Positions 48,296-57,484 of a stretch of DNA of 64,000 nucleotides are shown one piece after another; within the stretch, counting starts at the first letter, position 1, and each line of letters opens with the position of its first letter. The DNA is from Dehalococcoidia bacterium (GTDB taxonomy: Bacteria; Chloroflexota; Dehalococcoidia; UBA2979): assembly GCA_964291495.2 (NCBI GenBank), contig OZ219872.1, positions 672,001 through 736,000 of the forward strand. The letters run 5' to 3'. A program made the translations under genes and the position numbers. Below the pieces are notes generated by a model. The model searched no databases, was not told the origin of the DNA, and saw nothing but the letters and a program-made list of their open reading frames with translations.

Positions 48296-49627
48296 TCAGT
48301 CGTCCGTTGCCAGCGCGGGTTCTGCTTCCAGCGGCGGGCCGTCCTGTACATCGGCGTGGCTCAAGCCCTGCATATGGGCGTGCCATTGCCGCCAGAAGCC
48401 GCGCATTTGCAGTTCGTCCGACGTTCCCGGGTCGGGTTTCAGCATACCCCTGGAGATGTCGGACCACTCGACCTCGGTGGCGCGGTAGCCGGCCTGACAT
48501 GATTCCAGAGCTTCCACGTCATCGGGGGTGGCAAAACCGCTCGGCCCCAGGAAGGTGAGGAAGCTGTCCAGCCGGGTGGCGAGCATGGCGTCCGACTCCA
48601 CCTTCGGGACCAGGTGCCAGGCGGTGACGTCCATGCTGTCGGGCGCCAGGGGTTCGAAGTACCTGATCGTGATGGCCACGAAGTCGTTGATGACCAGGTT
48701 GGGATAGATGAGCAGATTCCTCGAGGTGTCGGCCATCTGGTAGGCGCGCTCTTCCCCGTACTTCTCCACCAACCGCTGGCGGACCTGTGCGATTGGCTCC
48801 CTGGCCTCCTCGCCGAACAGCGGGTGCCAGTGGGCGATGGGGCGACCGTTCCGGGCGATGTTCTCCGCCACGCAGTGCCCGTTGCCCAGGGCTCTCGATG
48901 CGCCGGGAGGGCGTGCATCCAGTGTGACCCCGCTGTCGTCGGTTCCGAGACTGCTCATGTAGTCGAGGTATGTCTGGTGCGTCGGCACCAGGTGATACCC
49001 GTCGAGGCTGTTCTCCGCCAGCAACTTCCAGTTGGCCTTGATGGCGTACTTGTTGGAGCCGGCGACCACCCGCATTCCTTCTTCGACCGGGTCCACGATC
49101 AGGTCCAGGTAGTCCCTGGCCCCCGCGAGGTAGGTGACCAGGTCTTCGACATGGGCGTTGAAGCTCACGAAGATGAAGCCCCTGTAGCTCTCGACCCTGG
49201 GCGGCTGCTTCAGGCCCAGCTCGCTGCGGTCGAACGAGGGCCCGTAGGCGTCTTCGCCGGGGACGCCAATCAGATCTCCGTTCGTGTCGAATGTCCACGC
49301 GTGATAGAAGCACTGGAGGACCTCGGCGTTCCCCTTGTCGTGGCGGCAGATCAGGGCGCCCCGGTGGGGGCAGGTGTTGAGGAACACCCGCACCTCGCCG
49401 TCCTTGCCACGAGCGAAGAAGAGTGGCCGCCCGGCCACCGTGCGGCGGCGGTAGTCGCCGGGTTCCTCCACCTCCGACTCGTGCCCCAGGTAGATCCAGC
49501 ACCGGTTGAAGATCAGCTCGCGTTCCCGCTGGAATAACTCGTCGGAGGTCATGGCGGACCGGTGGACCCTGAACATCCCTCTCTCACGGTCGTCGATGAT
49601 CAGGTTTCTTATCTCCATAGCCCCCAC
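48296..49627 (-). CDS. Aromatic ring-hydroxylating dioxygenase alpha subunit
   Basis: Rieske CPHRG...CFYHAW; mononuclear Fe ENSLDGYHLVPTH, TPDD; start could be ATG at 49618. Confidence 0.94.
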   Translation of the reverse strand: MGAMEIRNLIIDDRERGMFRVHRSAMTSDELFQRERELIFNRCWIYLGHESEVEEPGDYRRRTVAGRPLFFARGKDGEVRVFLNTCPHRGALICRHDKGNAEVLQCFYHAWTFDTNGDLIGVPGEDAYGPSFDRSELGLKQPPRVESYRGFIFVSFNAHVEDLVTYLAGARDYLDLIVDPVEEGMRVVAGSNKYAIKANWKLLAENSLDGYHLVPTHQTYLDYMSSLGTDDSGVTLDARPPGASRALGNGHCVAENIARNGRPIAHWHPLFGEEAREPIAQVRQRLVEKYGEERAYQMADTSRNLLIYPNLVINDFVAITIRYFEPLAPDSMDVTAWHLVPKVESDAMLATRLDSFLTFLGPSGFATPDDVEALESCQAGYRATEVEWSDISRGMLKPDPGTSDELQMRGFWRQWHAHMQGLSHADVQDGPPLEAEPALATDD

Positions 49628-49660
49628 CTGTATCCCCCGCGGCGGCCCGAATCTGCTGCC

Positions 49661-49688
49661 AGCCTAGAATCCTCTCCGGGGCTGTCAA
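49661..49688 (-). promoter_or_regulatory. Putative promoter of the dioxygenase pair
   Basis: TTGACA - 16 bp - TAGGCT. Confidence 0.55.
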
Positions 49689-49799
49689 CAAGAGGGTTCA
49701 GGGCCTATCGGGACCGTTACGAGGCCATCGCTGGCTCCCCCCACGACCTCGATCCGCCTGCGGAGCGCGCTCCCTACGGCGTGTGGCGGGCTGCGCCCG

Positions 49800-49956
49800 C
49801 TCCCCCTCACCCGCCAGGGGAGAGGGGGCCGGATCGCTGATGCCCCGGCTGGATTCCGGCTTTCGCCGGAATGACGGGAAGGGGGGCGGGAATGACGAAG
49901 GCGCCGGACGCTCCCTCACCCTCCTCCCTCTCCCGCGGGGAGAGGGACCGGATCCG
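49800..49956. repeat. BoxC-like palindromes enclosing a CGTC-type REP-like hairpin
   Basis: CTGGATTCCGGC-TTTC-GCCGGAATGACG (49849-49876) plus a second GGGAATGACG, flanked by CCCTC...GGGAGAGGG units. Confidence 0.8.
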
Positions 49957-50008
49957 GCCTCGAGAGGTTGGTGCGCCCTCGGAAGCTCCGGGCTGCTAGC
50001 CTCGATCG

Positions 50009-50833
50009 GTGGACGAGTATCTGAGGGCTGCGCTGCTCGGACTCGTGCAGGCGCTGACTGAGTTCCTGCCGATCTCCTCCTCAGGCCACCTCGTGGTGGC
50101 CTCCGAGCTGTTCGGCGACGAGCTCAACGACCTCACCTTCGACGTCGGCCTGCACCTCGGCACGACGCTCGCCGTGCTGCTCTACTTCCGCCGCGACTGG
50201 GTGCTGTTCGGCGCGAGTCTGGGCCGCGACCTGAGTGCGCACGGAGGGAGCATCGGGAGCTGGCGTCCACGCTCGCGGCTCGCGCTGCTGATCGCGCTCG
50301 GCTCCCTCCCCGCCTTTGCCGTCGGCGCAGCCTTCGCTCTCACGCTCGAGGACGGACTGCGCGAGCCGGTGCTGGTCGGCGTCATGCTGATCGCCGTCGG
50401 GCTGGCAATCTGGGCGCTCGACCGCGCAGCGCAGTCGCGAGGGCTGCGCGACCTCGGCGCACCGGGGGCGCTGCTGATCGGCGTGGCGCAGGCCACGGCG
50501 CTCGTCCCGGGCGTCTCGCGCTCCGGGGCAACGATCGCGGCCGCGCGAGGGCTCGGCCTGCGCCGCGAGGCCGCGACGCGCTTCTCGTTCCTGCTCTCCG
50601 CGCCGGTGGTGGTAGGCGCGGCGGCCGCGCTGCTCGGCGAGGCGATCCTCGGCGGCGAGGAGGTCGCCTGGGGCCCGCTGCTGTTCGGGGCGCTGGTCGC
50701 GGCGGTCGTCGGGATGGCGGTGATCCGCTGGCTGCTGCGGTTCGTGCGCCGCCACAGCCTCGCCGTCTTCGTCTGGTACCGCCTCGCGGCCGGCGTCGCG
50801 GTGCTCGCCGCCGTCGCGGCGGGCGTGCTGTAG
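50009..50833 (+). CDS. uppP: Undecaprenyl-diphosphate phosphatase
   Basis: QALTEFLPISSSGHL, HLGT, PGVSRSGAT, FSFLLS, WYR. Confidence 0.95.
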   Translation: MDEYLRAALLGLVQALTEFLPISSSGHLVVASELFGDELNDLTFDVGLHLGTTLAVLLYFRRDWVLFGASLGRDLSAHGGSIGSWRPRSRLALLIALGSLPAFAVGAAFALTLEDGLREPVLVGVMLIAVGLAIWALDRAAQSRGLRDLGAPGALLIGVAQATALVPGVSRSGATIAAARGLGLRREAATRFSFLLSAPVVVGAAAALLGEAILGGEEVAWGPLLFGALVAAVVGMAVIRWLLRFVRRHSLAVFVWYRLAAGVAVLAAVAAGVL

Positions 50834-50880
50834 CGCCGCGGGCTACCATCGGCGCGCGACCGCACGACGGCGAGGAACCG

Positions 50881-51699
50881 ATGAGCGACCTCGACAGCCT
50901 CGCGATGCCGGACCCGGACGGCCTGCTCGGCCGCCGCGCGCTGGTGATCGGCGCCGAGACCACGACCGGCAGGGCGATCGCGCGCGCCCTCGGCGAGGCG
51001 GGCGCGGACGTGGCGCTGGCGGTGCTGCGCCCCGACGAGGGCGTCCTGGTCGCTCGCAGGCTGCAGCGCGAGTTGCGCGAGCGCGGCCGCCAGGCCCTGA
51101 CCTACGCGATGGACGTGACGCTCGGGCGCAACGTACAGGTCACCACGCGCCAGGTCGCGAAGGAGCTGGGCGGCCTCGACCTGGTGGTGAGCGCGCCGGA
51201 CGAGGCCTTCCTCGCACCGCTCGCGCAGACCTCGGACGCGCAGCTCGCACAGACGATGACGCTCAACGGCTACGCGCACGCCTTCGCCGCGCGCTCCGCC
51301 TTCGACGAGTTCCGGCGGCAGAGCGAGGGCCCGCGCGCCTTCATCCTCGTCACGCACGCGCTCGGCGAACGCGCCGCCGAGGGCGCGGTCGCCATCTCGA
51401 TGTCGGCCGCGGCCGCCCTCGGGCTGCTGCGCGCGCTCGAGCTCGAGCACGGCGGCGGCGAGGTCGCCGCCGCCGGCCTGCTGCGCGGCGCGAGCCTGCC
51501 CGAGGACGCCGGAGCCACGCCCTCCGGCCTGCGCGAGGCGCTGGAGGCAACCGACGCCGCCGAGGCCGAGGCGCTCGGCCGGCTCGCCTGCGCCCTCGCC
51601 ACGGCCCCGCCGGCGGCGATCCACGGGCGTGTCTTCTCCGCCCTCGACGCGGCTGCCCTCGCCGAACCGGCGGCGGCGAGCGGAAGCGGCGCATCGTGA
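50881..51699 (+). CDS. Degenerate SDR-fold protein
   Basis: ALVIGAETTTGRAIARALGEAGADV, LGGLDLVV; no YxxxK. Confidence 0.75.
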   Translation: MSDLDSLAMPDPDGLLGRRALVIGAETTTGRAIARALGEAGADVALAVLRPDEGVLVARRLQRELRERGRQALTYAMDVTLGRNVQVTTRQVAKELGGLDLVVSAPDEAFLAPLAQTSDAQLAQTMTLNGYAHAFAARSAFDEFRRQSEGPRAFILVTHALGERAAEGAVAISMSAAAALGLLRALELEHGGGEVAAAGLLRGASLPEDAGATPSGLREALEATDAAEAEALGRLACALATAPPAAIHGRVFSALDAAALAEPAAASGSGAS

Positions 51700-52322
51700 C
51701 CGGCGGCGACCTCGCCGGGCGGCACGCCCTCGTCGCCGGGGCTGCCGAGGGGCTGGGCCGCGCCCTCGCGACCGGACTCGCGGCGGCAGGCGCCGACGTC
51801 TCCGTCACGACGCGTCACGACGACCCCGGCGAGGAGGTCACGGCGAACTCGATCCTCAACGAGTGCTGGAGCCATGGGCGCGAGGGGCGGGCGCTGCGGC
51901 TGGACCTCACCGACCTTGAAGCGGTCGTCGAGGCGTTCGTGCAGCTCGAGGAGGAGCTCGCGCCGATCGACCTGCTCGTCAGCCTCGCCTTCGACGCCCC
52001 GCCGCTACCGGCTGACAGCGCACCCGGCGACTGGAGCGCGGCGATCGAGGCGGGCGCGACGCCCGCGTTCGTGCTGGCGCGCGCGATCGGGCCCTCGATG
52101 GTCTCGCGCCGCACGGGGCTGATCGCGGCGGTCTTGCCCCCGGAGCCGGAGGCGCGCGCCGACGCACCGCTGCGCGCGGCGCGCGCCGCCGTCGTCGGGC
52201 TGTGCGAGGGGCTGGCGGCGGAGTGGGCCGAGAGCGGCGTCGCCGTCGAGTGGCTCGACGAGGCCGAGCCGGAGCAACTGCTCGCCCGGCTACGCTCCGG
52301 CGCGGACGGGACGACCTCGTGA
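51696..52322 (+). CDS. Degenerate SDR-fold protein
   Basis: ALVAGAAEGLGRALA, LDLTD, IDLLV, LAAEWAESGV; no YxxxK. Confidence 0.75.
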   Translation: MTGGDLAGRHALVAGAAEGLGRALATGLAAAGADVSVTTRHDDPGEEVTANSILNECWSHGREGRALRLDLTDLEAVVEAFVQLEEELAPIDLLVSLAFDAPPLPADSAPGDWSAAIEAGATPAFVLARAIGPSMVSRRTGLIAAVLPPEPEARADAPLRAARAAVVGLCEGLAAEWAESGVAVEWLDEAEPEQLLARLRSGADGTTS

Positions 52323-52906
52323 GCAGCGAAGCAACGGGCGCCGACCGCCTGGGCATGGCCGACCCGATCGGGCGGCCGGGTCCGACCTGGAGCGGCGAAG
52401 CGGCGGAGCGCCCGGCCGCCGACGTGGCGAGCGACCTCGCCGCGTTACCGGCGCTGCTCGAGCCCTGCTCGCTGCGGCGGCGGCTGATCTGCTTCGCGAT
52501 CGACCAGGCGCTGGTCTGGGGAATCGTGCTGGTGCTGACGAGCATCGCGCTTGCGGTGGCGGGCGTCGGGGAGGAGCCCGTGCCCGGCACCCGCGAGGAG
52601 CGGATCTTCCAGGCGACCGGCTTGATCTCGCTGGTCGCGCCGTTCTTCTACTTCTGGATCTGGAACAGCGCGGGGTTCTCGCCGGGCAAGCAGATGCTGG
52701 GCGTGCGCATCGTCACCGCCGAGGGCGCGCCGCCCGGCGTGATGCGCGGCTTCGGGCGCACCGTCGCATCGCTGCTCGTCCCACTCACCCTCGGCCTCAG
52801 CTACGCCTGGGCGGCCTGGGACTCGGACAGCGAGCGCCCCTTCGCCGAGGGCTACGCCCAGGCCTGGCACGACAAGCTCTCGGGGACGTTCGTCGTCCGC
52901 GCGTAG
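52319..52906 (+). CDS. RDD family membrane protein
   Basis: RRLICFAID, SPGKQMLGVRIV, QAWHDKLSGTFVV; GTGA coupling. Confidence 0.88.
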   Translation: MSSEATGADRLGMADPIGRPGPTWSGEAAERPAADVASDLAALPALLEPCSLRRRLICFAIDQALVWGIVLVLTSIALAVAGVGEEPVPGTREERIFQATGLISLVAPFFYFWIWNSAGFSPGKQMLGVRIVTAEGAPPGVMRGFGRTVASLLVPLTLGLSYAWAAWDSDSERPFAEGYAQAWHDKLSGTFVVRA

Positions 52907-52909
52907 CCC

Positions 52910-53908
52910 TCAGCGCCCCGGCGGCGCCGGCGCCCAGGGCAGCGATCGCGGCTGCAGCAGCTGCCGCACCTGCCCGTCGGCGACCAGCGCCACGAGGTCG
53001 ACCCCGCCGTAGGTCGCCGGGCTCATCCCGCGCAGCGCCGCCGTCGCCATCTCCTCGCCGATGTGCGCCAGCGACGCCCCGAGGGCGAGCACGGTCATCT
53101 CGACCGGCTCGCCGGCGGCCTCGGCGGCCTCGCGCTGCGCGACGGCGCGGCGCAGCTGCATGCGCAGGCTGCGGCGCACCCAGGCGCCGTCGCTCGCGTC
53201 GAAGGCCGGAGGCGCGCCGAACACGGTGACGCCTCGAGGCTCGTCGGCGGGGAGGCGTGAGACGAGCCAGTAGTCGTGCGCGTCCACCGCCGTGACCTCG
53301 CCCTGCTCCAGCAGCGCCGCGCGGTCGCGGATCTGCGTCAGTACGATCTCCAGCTCGGCGCGCTCCTCGGGCAGCCGCCGCAGCGAGCGGCCGTCGAGGT
53401 GGAACGCGCCGCCGATGCCCTCGGAGAGCACGGTCCACTCGCTGGCGATCGGCCCGCTCACGGACATGTAGGCGCCCTCCGCGTCCACCTTCGCCAGCGG
53501 CAGCGTCACCGGCAGGCGCACCTCGCGGCGCTCGCCCGGCTCGAGCCCTCCGAGGGCGCGCGTGAGCGCGAGCCGCAGGCTGGACTGCCGCGGCTCGGCG
53601 GGCGGCAGCTCGCCCCCGGGCGGCGTCCAGACGACGTAGCCGCCCTCGTCGTCCTCGAGGTCGTCCTCGATCAGCTCGGCGAGCTCGGCCGCCCCGGGCG
53701 GCCCGCCGCCCTCCCAGAGCAGGCCGCAGCTGACGCCGATGCGCCGCTCGCGCTGCGCGAACAGCGCGTCGAAGGCACTGGCGCCGGGGTCCAGCGGCCG
53801 GAACGTGCGGTAGTAGCGCTCGCCCATCCAGGCCGCGACGAGCGAGGTCGTAACGGCGCGGGCGCTCGCCTCCGCGGCGTCGGCGTCGGAAGGCGGTTCG
53901 TCGCTCAC
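52910..53908 (-). CDS. Hypothetical protein
   Basis: 332-aa ORF with host-like codon usage and globular composition. Confidence 0.75.
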   Translation of the reverse strand: MSDEPPSDADAAEASARAVTTSLVAAWMGERYYRTFRPLDPGASAFDALFAQRERRIGVSCGLLWEGGGPPGAAELAELIEDDLEDDEGGYVVWTPPGGELPPAEPRQSSLRLALTRALGGLEPGERREVRLPVTLPLAKVDAEGAYMSVSGPIASEWTVLSEGIGGAFHLDGRSLRRLPEERAELEIVLTQIRDRAALLEQGEVTAVDAHDYWLVSRLPADEPRGVTVFGAPPAFDASDGAWVRRSLRMQLRRAVAQREAAEAAGEPVEMTVLALGASLAHIGEEMATAALRGMSPATYGGVDLVALVADGQVRQLLQPRSLPWAPAPPGR

Positions 53909-53933
53909 GGGAGTCGCGGTCGGGCGGTGGGCG

Positions 53934-54356
53934 TCAGCGCTCGGCGGCCCGCCGCGCGCGCCACTCGTCGAAGCGGTCGAGCAGCGGGAGGAGGCCGTTG
54001 GTCACGAGCTGCCAGAGCACGGCGACGTTGAGCACGACGAAGGCGACCACGCCGGCCCACTTCACGCCCGTGGCCAGCCTCGTGCCGTCGTTGCCGCTGA
54101 CCTGCAGCCACTTCACCGCCCCAACGACGGCGAGGATCGCGAGGATCGCGCTCAGCGGCACGTCCCACTTGAGGATGAAGCGCGAGAACAGCGCCGCGAG
54201 CCCGGCGGCGAGGCCGAGGTTGCCCGCCATGAAGCCGAGCAGCGGCGTCCCCTTGTGCCCCCAGGTCTCGCTCGCCGCGAGGAATAACAGCATCAGCGCC
54301 GGACCCGCCAGCAAGGCGATCGTGATGCCGGGCCAGTCGGATCGTGAGAATCGCAT
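53934..54356 (-). CDS. Hypothetical membrane protein (about 4 TM)
   Basis: Four hydrophobic segments; RBS GGAGGG. Confidence 0.75.
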   Translation of the reverse strand: MRFSRSDWPGITIALLAGPALMLLFLAASETWGHKGTPLLGFMAGNLGLAAGLAALFSRFILKWDVPLSAILAILAVVGAVKWLQVSGNDGTRLATGVKWAGVVAFVVLNVAVLWQLVTNGLLPLLDRFDEWRARRAAER

Positions 54357-54380
54357 CGAGCGCCCTCCTGCGCCGTCCGC

Positions 54381-55139
54381 CTAGATATTAGAGCGTGACT
54401 GGCCGCCGTCGACGTTCAGCGTCGCCCCCACGACCCACGAGGCTCGCGGCGAGGCGAGGAAGACCACGAGCGCCGCGACCTCCTCGGGACGCCCGAAGCG
54501 GCCGCCGGGAATCTCCTGCTCGACGAAGACGCGCATGCCCTCGGGATCGTCGCGCAACCGGTTGCCCCAGGAGCCGCCCTCGAAGGCGATCGAACCGGGC
54601 GCGACGCTGTTGACACGGATGCCCTCGCCGATCCACTCGCGGGCGAGCGCCTTGGACATCGCGATTTGCGCGGCCTTGGAGGCGTTGTACTCGACGGCCC
54701 CGCCGCTCTCGCGCCCGAAGATGGAGGAGATGTTGACGATCGCCCCCCCGGCGGCGGCGAGGTGCGGGCGCGCCTGCTCCGACATCAGCCGCGCCGACAG
54801 CAGGTTCGCGTCCAGCGAGGCGCGCATCCGCCCCTCGACGTCGCCCTCGCGGATCGAGCCGCCGGCGTTGTTGACGAGCGCGTCGACGCCGCCGTGGGCC
54901 GCGACGGCCGCCTCCACGACGCGCGCGCAGTCCTCGGCGCGGGTCACGTCGGCGGCGACGCCCTGCGCCTCGGCGCCGGCGGCGCGCAGGCGTTCGCTGG
55001 CGGCCTCGACGCCCTCGGCGCCGCGCGCGCAGATCGTGAGCCGCGCGCCCTCGGCGGCGAACGCCTCGGCGATCGAAAGACCGATGCCGCGGCTCGCGCC
55101 GCTGACGATCACGGAGCGCCCGGCCAGTTCGAGGTCCAT
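54381..55139 (-). CDS. SDR family oxidoreductase
   Basis: SGASRGIG, NNAG, YNASK, NSVAPG, NVDGG. Confidence 0.92.
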   Translation of the reverse strand: MDLELAGRSVIVSGASRGIGLSIAEAFAAEGARLTICARGAEGVEAASERLRAAGAEAQGVAADVTRAEDCARVVEAAVAAHGGVDALVNNAGGSIREGDVEGRMRASLDANLLSARLMSEQARPHLAAAGGAIVNISSIFGRESGGAVEYNASKAAQIAMSKALAREWIGEGIRVNSVAPGSIAFEGGSWGNRLRDDPEGMRVFVEQEIPGGRFGRPEEVAALVVFLASPRASWVVGATLNVDGGQSRSNI

Positions 55140-55292
55140 CGCGCCTCCTCCTCGCTCCGAGAATCGCAGCCCTGCGATGCGGCGTCCAGCGGCCCGGCGG
55201 GGCGAGGCGCGGTACACTGCTCCAATGAGGCCCTTGCAGCGATCTCCGGGCATCCCCGAGCCCACCCACGCGCTGCCCGCCCCCGAGGTGGC

Positions 55293-56057
55293 ATGTCACT
55301 GACCGCCCTCTCCTTCGAAGGCTCCGTCGCCACGCTGACCATCGACCCCCCCGAGGGCGGCTACGACCGCGCGCTGCTCGACGGGATCGCGGACGCGGCC
55401 GCGGAGCTGGAGGCGCGCCACCCGGCGATCAGCGCCGTGGTCGTGGCGAGCGCGGGGCCGGACTTCGGCGCGGGCTGGAGCGGCGAGGCGCTCGCCGCCT
55501 CCGAGGGCATCGCCGCGCTGATCGCCCCGGCGGGCGCGGCCTTCGACGCGCTGGCGGCGCTGCCGCAGCCGCTCGTCGCCGCGATCGGCGGGCGAGCGCA
55601 CTCGGCCGGCCTCGAGCTGGCGCTCGCCTGCGACATCCGCGTGGCCTCCGATGGCGCGAGCTTCGTGCTGCCGGAAACCGGCGCCGGGCGCATCCCGCAC
55701 GGCGGCGGCACGCAGCGCCTCCCGCGCGCCGTCGGCCGCGCGCAGGCGCTGCGCCTGCTGCTCACCGGCGAGGAGATCGACGCCGCCGAGGCGAAGCGCA
55801 TCGGCCTCGTCTCCTCGGTCGTGGCGGACGGCGGGGAGCTCGAGGCGGCAAGCGAGATCGCGCGCACGATCGCCTCGCGCGGCCCGCTGGCGACGCGCTT
55901 CGCGAAGGAGGCGATCCGGCGCGGGATGGATCTCTCGCTGGACCAGGGATTGAACCTCGAACTCGAACTGACCGTGCTGCTGCAGACGACGGAGGACCGC
56001 GCCGAGGGCGTGCGCGCCTTCATCGAGCGGCGCGACCCGAAGTTCAAGGGGCGCTGA
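55293..56057 (+). CDS. Enoyl-CoA hydratase/isomerase family protein
   Basis: AGLELALACDIRVA, LPE, GGGTQRLPR, EGVRAFIERRDPKFKGR. Confidence 0.9.
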   Translation: MSLTALSFEGSVATLTIDPPEGGYDRALLDGIADAAAELEARHPAISAVVVASAGPDFGAGWSGEALAASEGIAALIAPAGAAFDALAALPQPLVAAIGGRAHSAGLELALACDIRVASDGASFVLPETGAGRIPHGGGTQRLPRAVGRAQALRLLLTGEEIDAAEAKRIGLVSSVVADGGELEAASEIARTIASRGPLATRFAKEAIRRGMDLSLDQGLNLELELTVLLQTTEDRAEGVRAFIERRDPKFKGR

Positions 56058-56206
56058 GCGGGCACAAGCTGAACCGGACGCGACCCAGCGCCGCACTCGC
56101 GGTAAAGTTGAGCACTGCGACCGCGGCTCTCCGCGGCGACCAACTATCCGAGGGCGCATCGAGGCAGCGCTCGATGCGCGGCGAACGTGACGGAGACGGA
56201 GGGAAG

Positions 56207-56476
56207 ATGAACATCATCCTCAATCCGAACGAGGTGGCGACGGTGATCTCAATCTTCACCGCGCACGTCCTCGACGGGGTCGATCTCAGCGACGAGGGCA
56301 AGGACGTCATTCGCGAGTGGCGCACCGATCGGGCGCCCGGACGCGAAGGCCTCGAGGCCTTCGCCGACGACTTCAACGAGGCGCTGATGGGACACATCGA
56401 GGCGGCCACGCTGCGGCGTTACGTCCGGGGTGGGCGCATGAGCCGCGGCACGGCGGAGGAGCGGGCACGAGCATGA
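56207..56476 (+). CDS. Small hypothetical helical protein A
   Basis: ATG after GGAGGG; similar to the next gene. Confidence 0.75.
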   Translation: MNIILNPNEVATVISIFTAHVLDGVDLSDEGKDVIREWRTDRAPGREGLEAFADDFNEALMGHIEAATLRRYVRGGRMSRGTAEERARA

Positions 56477-56709
56477 AGGTCGAACTCTCCATCGACGAAG
56501 TCCTGGTGATGGCGGACGCGATCCTCGACGGGATCGCCGAGGCGGGGTTGAGCCGGAAGGACGCGGCGACGCTCAGGCGCTGGCGCAACGACAGGGTGAC
56601 GGCCACCGCCCCGGAGATGAAGCTGCTGACGGAGAAGGTCAACAGCGAGCTGCAGCACGCGCACGACAGCAGCCTCAAGACCGGCATCATCAAGCCAGAC
56701 TGGGCCTGA
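56473..56709 (+). CDS. Small hypothetical helical protein B
   Basis: ATGA coupling to protein A; shared LS-x6-(I/L)R-WR-DR motif. Confidence 0.75.
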   Translation: MKVELSIDEVLVMADAILDGIAEAGLSRKDAATLRRWRNDRVTATAPEMKLLTEKVNSELQHAHDSSLKTGIIKPDWA

Positions 56710-56764
56710 GCGGCGGCGCCACCGCCATGCGCCAGCCAGCGAGCGGATCCGCCGAGGCCGCCCC

Positions 56765-57484
56765 GTGAGCGGCCCCTTCGTCCTGGCCGAGCGCGAGGGC
56801 GACGTCGTCTGGCTCACGCTCAACCGCCCGGAGCGACTGAACGCCGTCCACCTCGAGCTGCGCGATGAGCTGTGGATGCAGCTCGAGTTGCTGCGCGACG
56901 ACCCCTCCGTCCGCGCCGCCGTCTTCCGCGGCGCCGGCGATCGCGCCTTCAGCGCCGGCGCCGACATCACCGAGTTCGGCACCGCGCCCTCCTACCTCGA
57001 GGCACGCGACGCGCGCGTGCGGCGCGACCTCTGGGGCCTGATGGCGAGCCTCGACCTGCCGCTGATCGCGGCGATCCAGGGCTTCGCCTACGGCGCCGGC
57101 CTCGAGCTCTCGCTCTACTGCGACCTGCGCGTCGCCTCAGAGGACGCCCGCTTCGCCATCCCGGAAGTCACGCTCGGCTACATCCCCTCGGCCGGGGGCA
57201 CCCAGACCGTCCCCCGCCACGTCGCCTCCAGCGAGGCGCTGCGCATGGCCACCGGCGGCGAACCGATCAGCGCCCGCGAGGCCTACGACCTCGGCTTCGT
57301 GCAGCGCGTCGTGTCTCGTGAGCAGCTCGACGCAGCGGCGCGCGAGTGGGCGCAGGCGCTCGCCGATCGCGATCCGGCTGCGCTGCGTGCGGCCAAGCGC
57401 GCAGTCCGCGACGGCTTCGACCAGCCGCTCGAGGCCGGGCTCGCCCTCGAGCGGCGGCTCGCGGCGGTGGTCGCGGGCTCGTGA
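56765..57484 (+). CDS. Enoyl-CoA hydratase/isomerase family protein
   Basis: LTLNRPERLNA, FSAGADI, GAGLELSLYCDLR, IPEV. Confidence 0.9.
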   Translation: MSGPFVLAEREGDVVWLTLNRPERLNAVHLELRDELWMQLELLRDDPSVRAAVFRGAGDRAFSAGADITEFGTAPSYLEARDARVRRDLWGLMASLDLPLIAAIQGFAYGAGLELSLYCDLRVASEDARFAIPEVTLGYIPSAGGTQTVPRHVASSEALRMATGGEPISAREAYDLGFVQRVVSREQLDAAAREWAQALADRDPAALRAAKRAVRDGFDQPLEAGLALERRLAAVVAGS

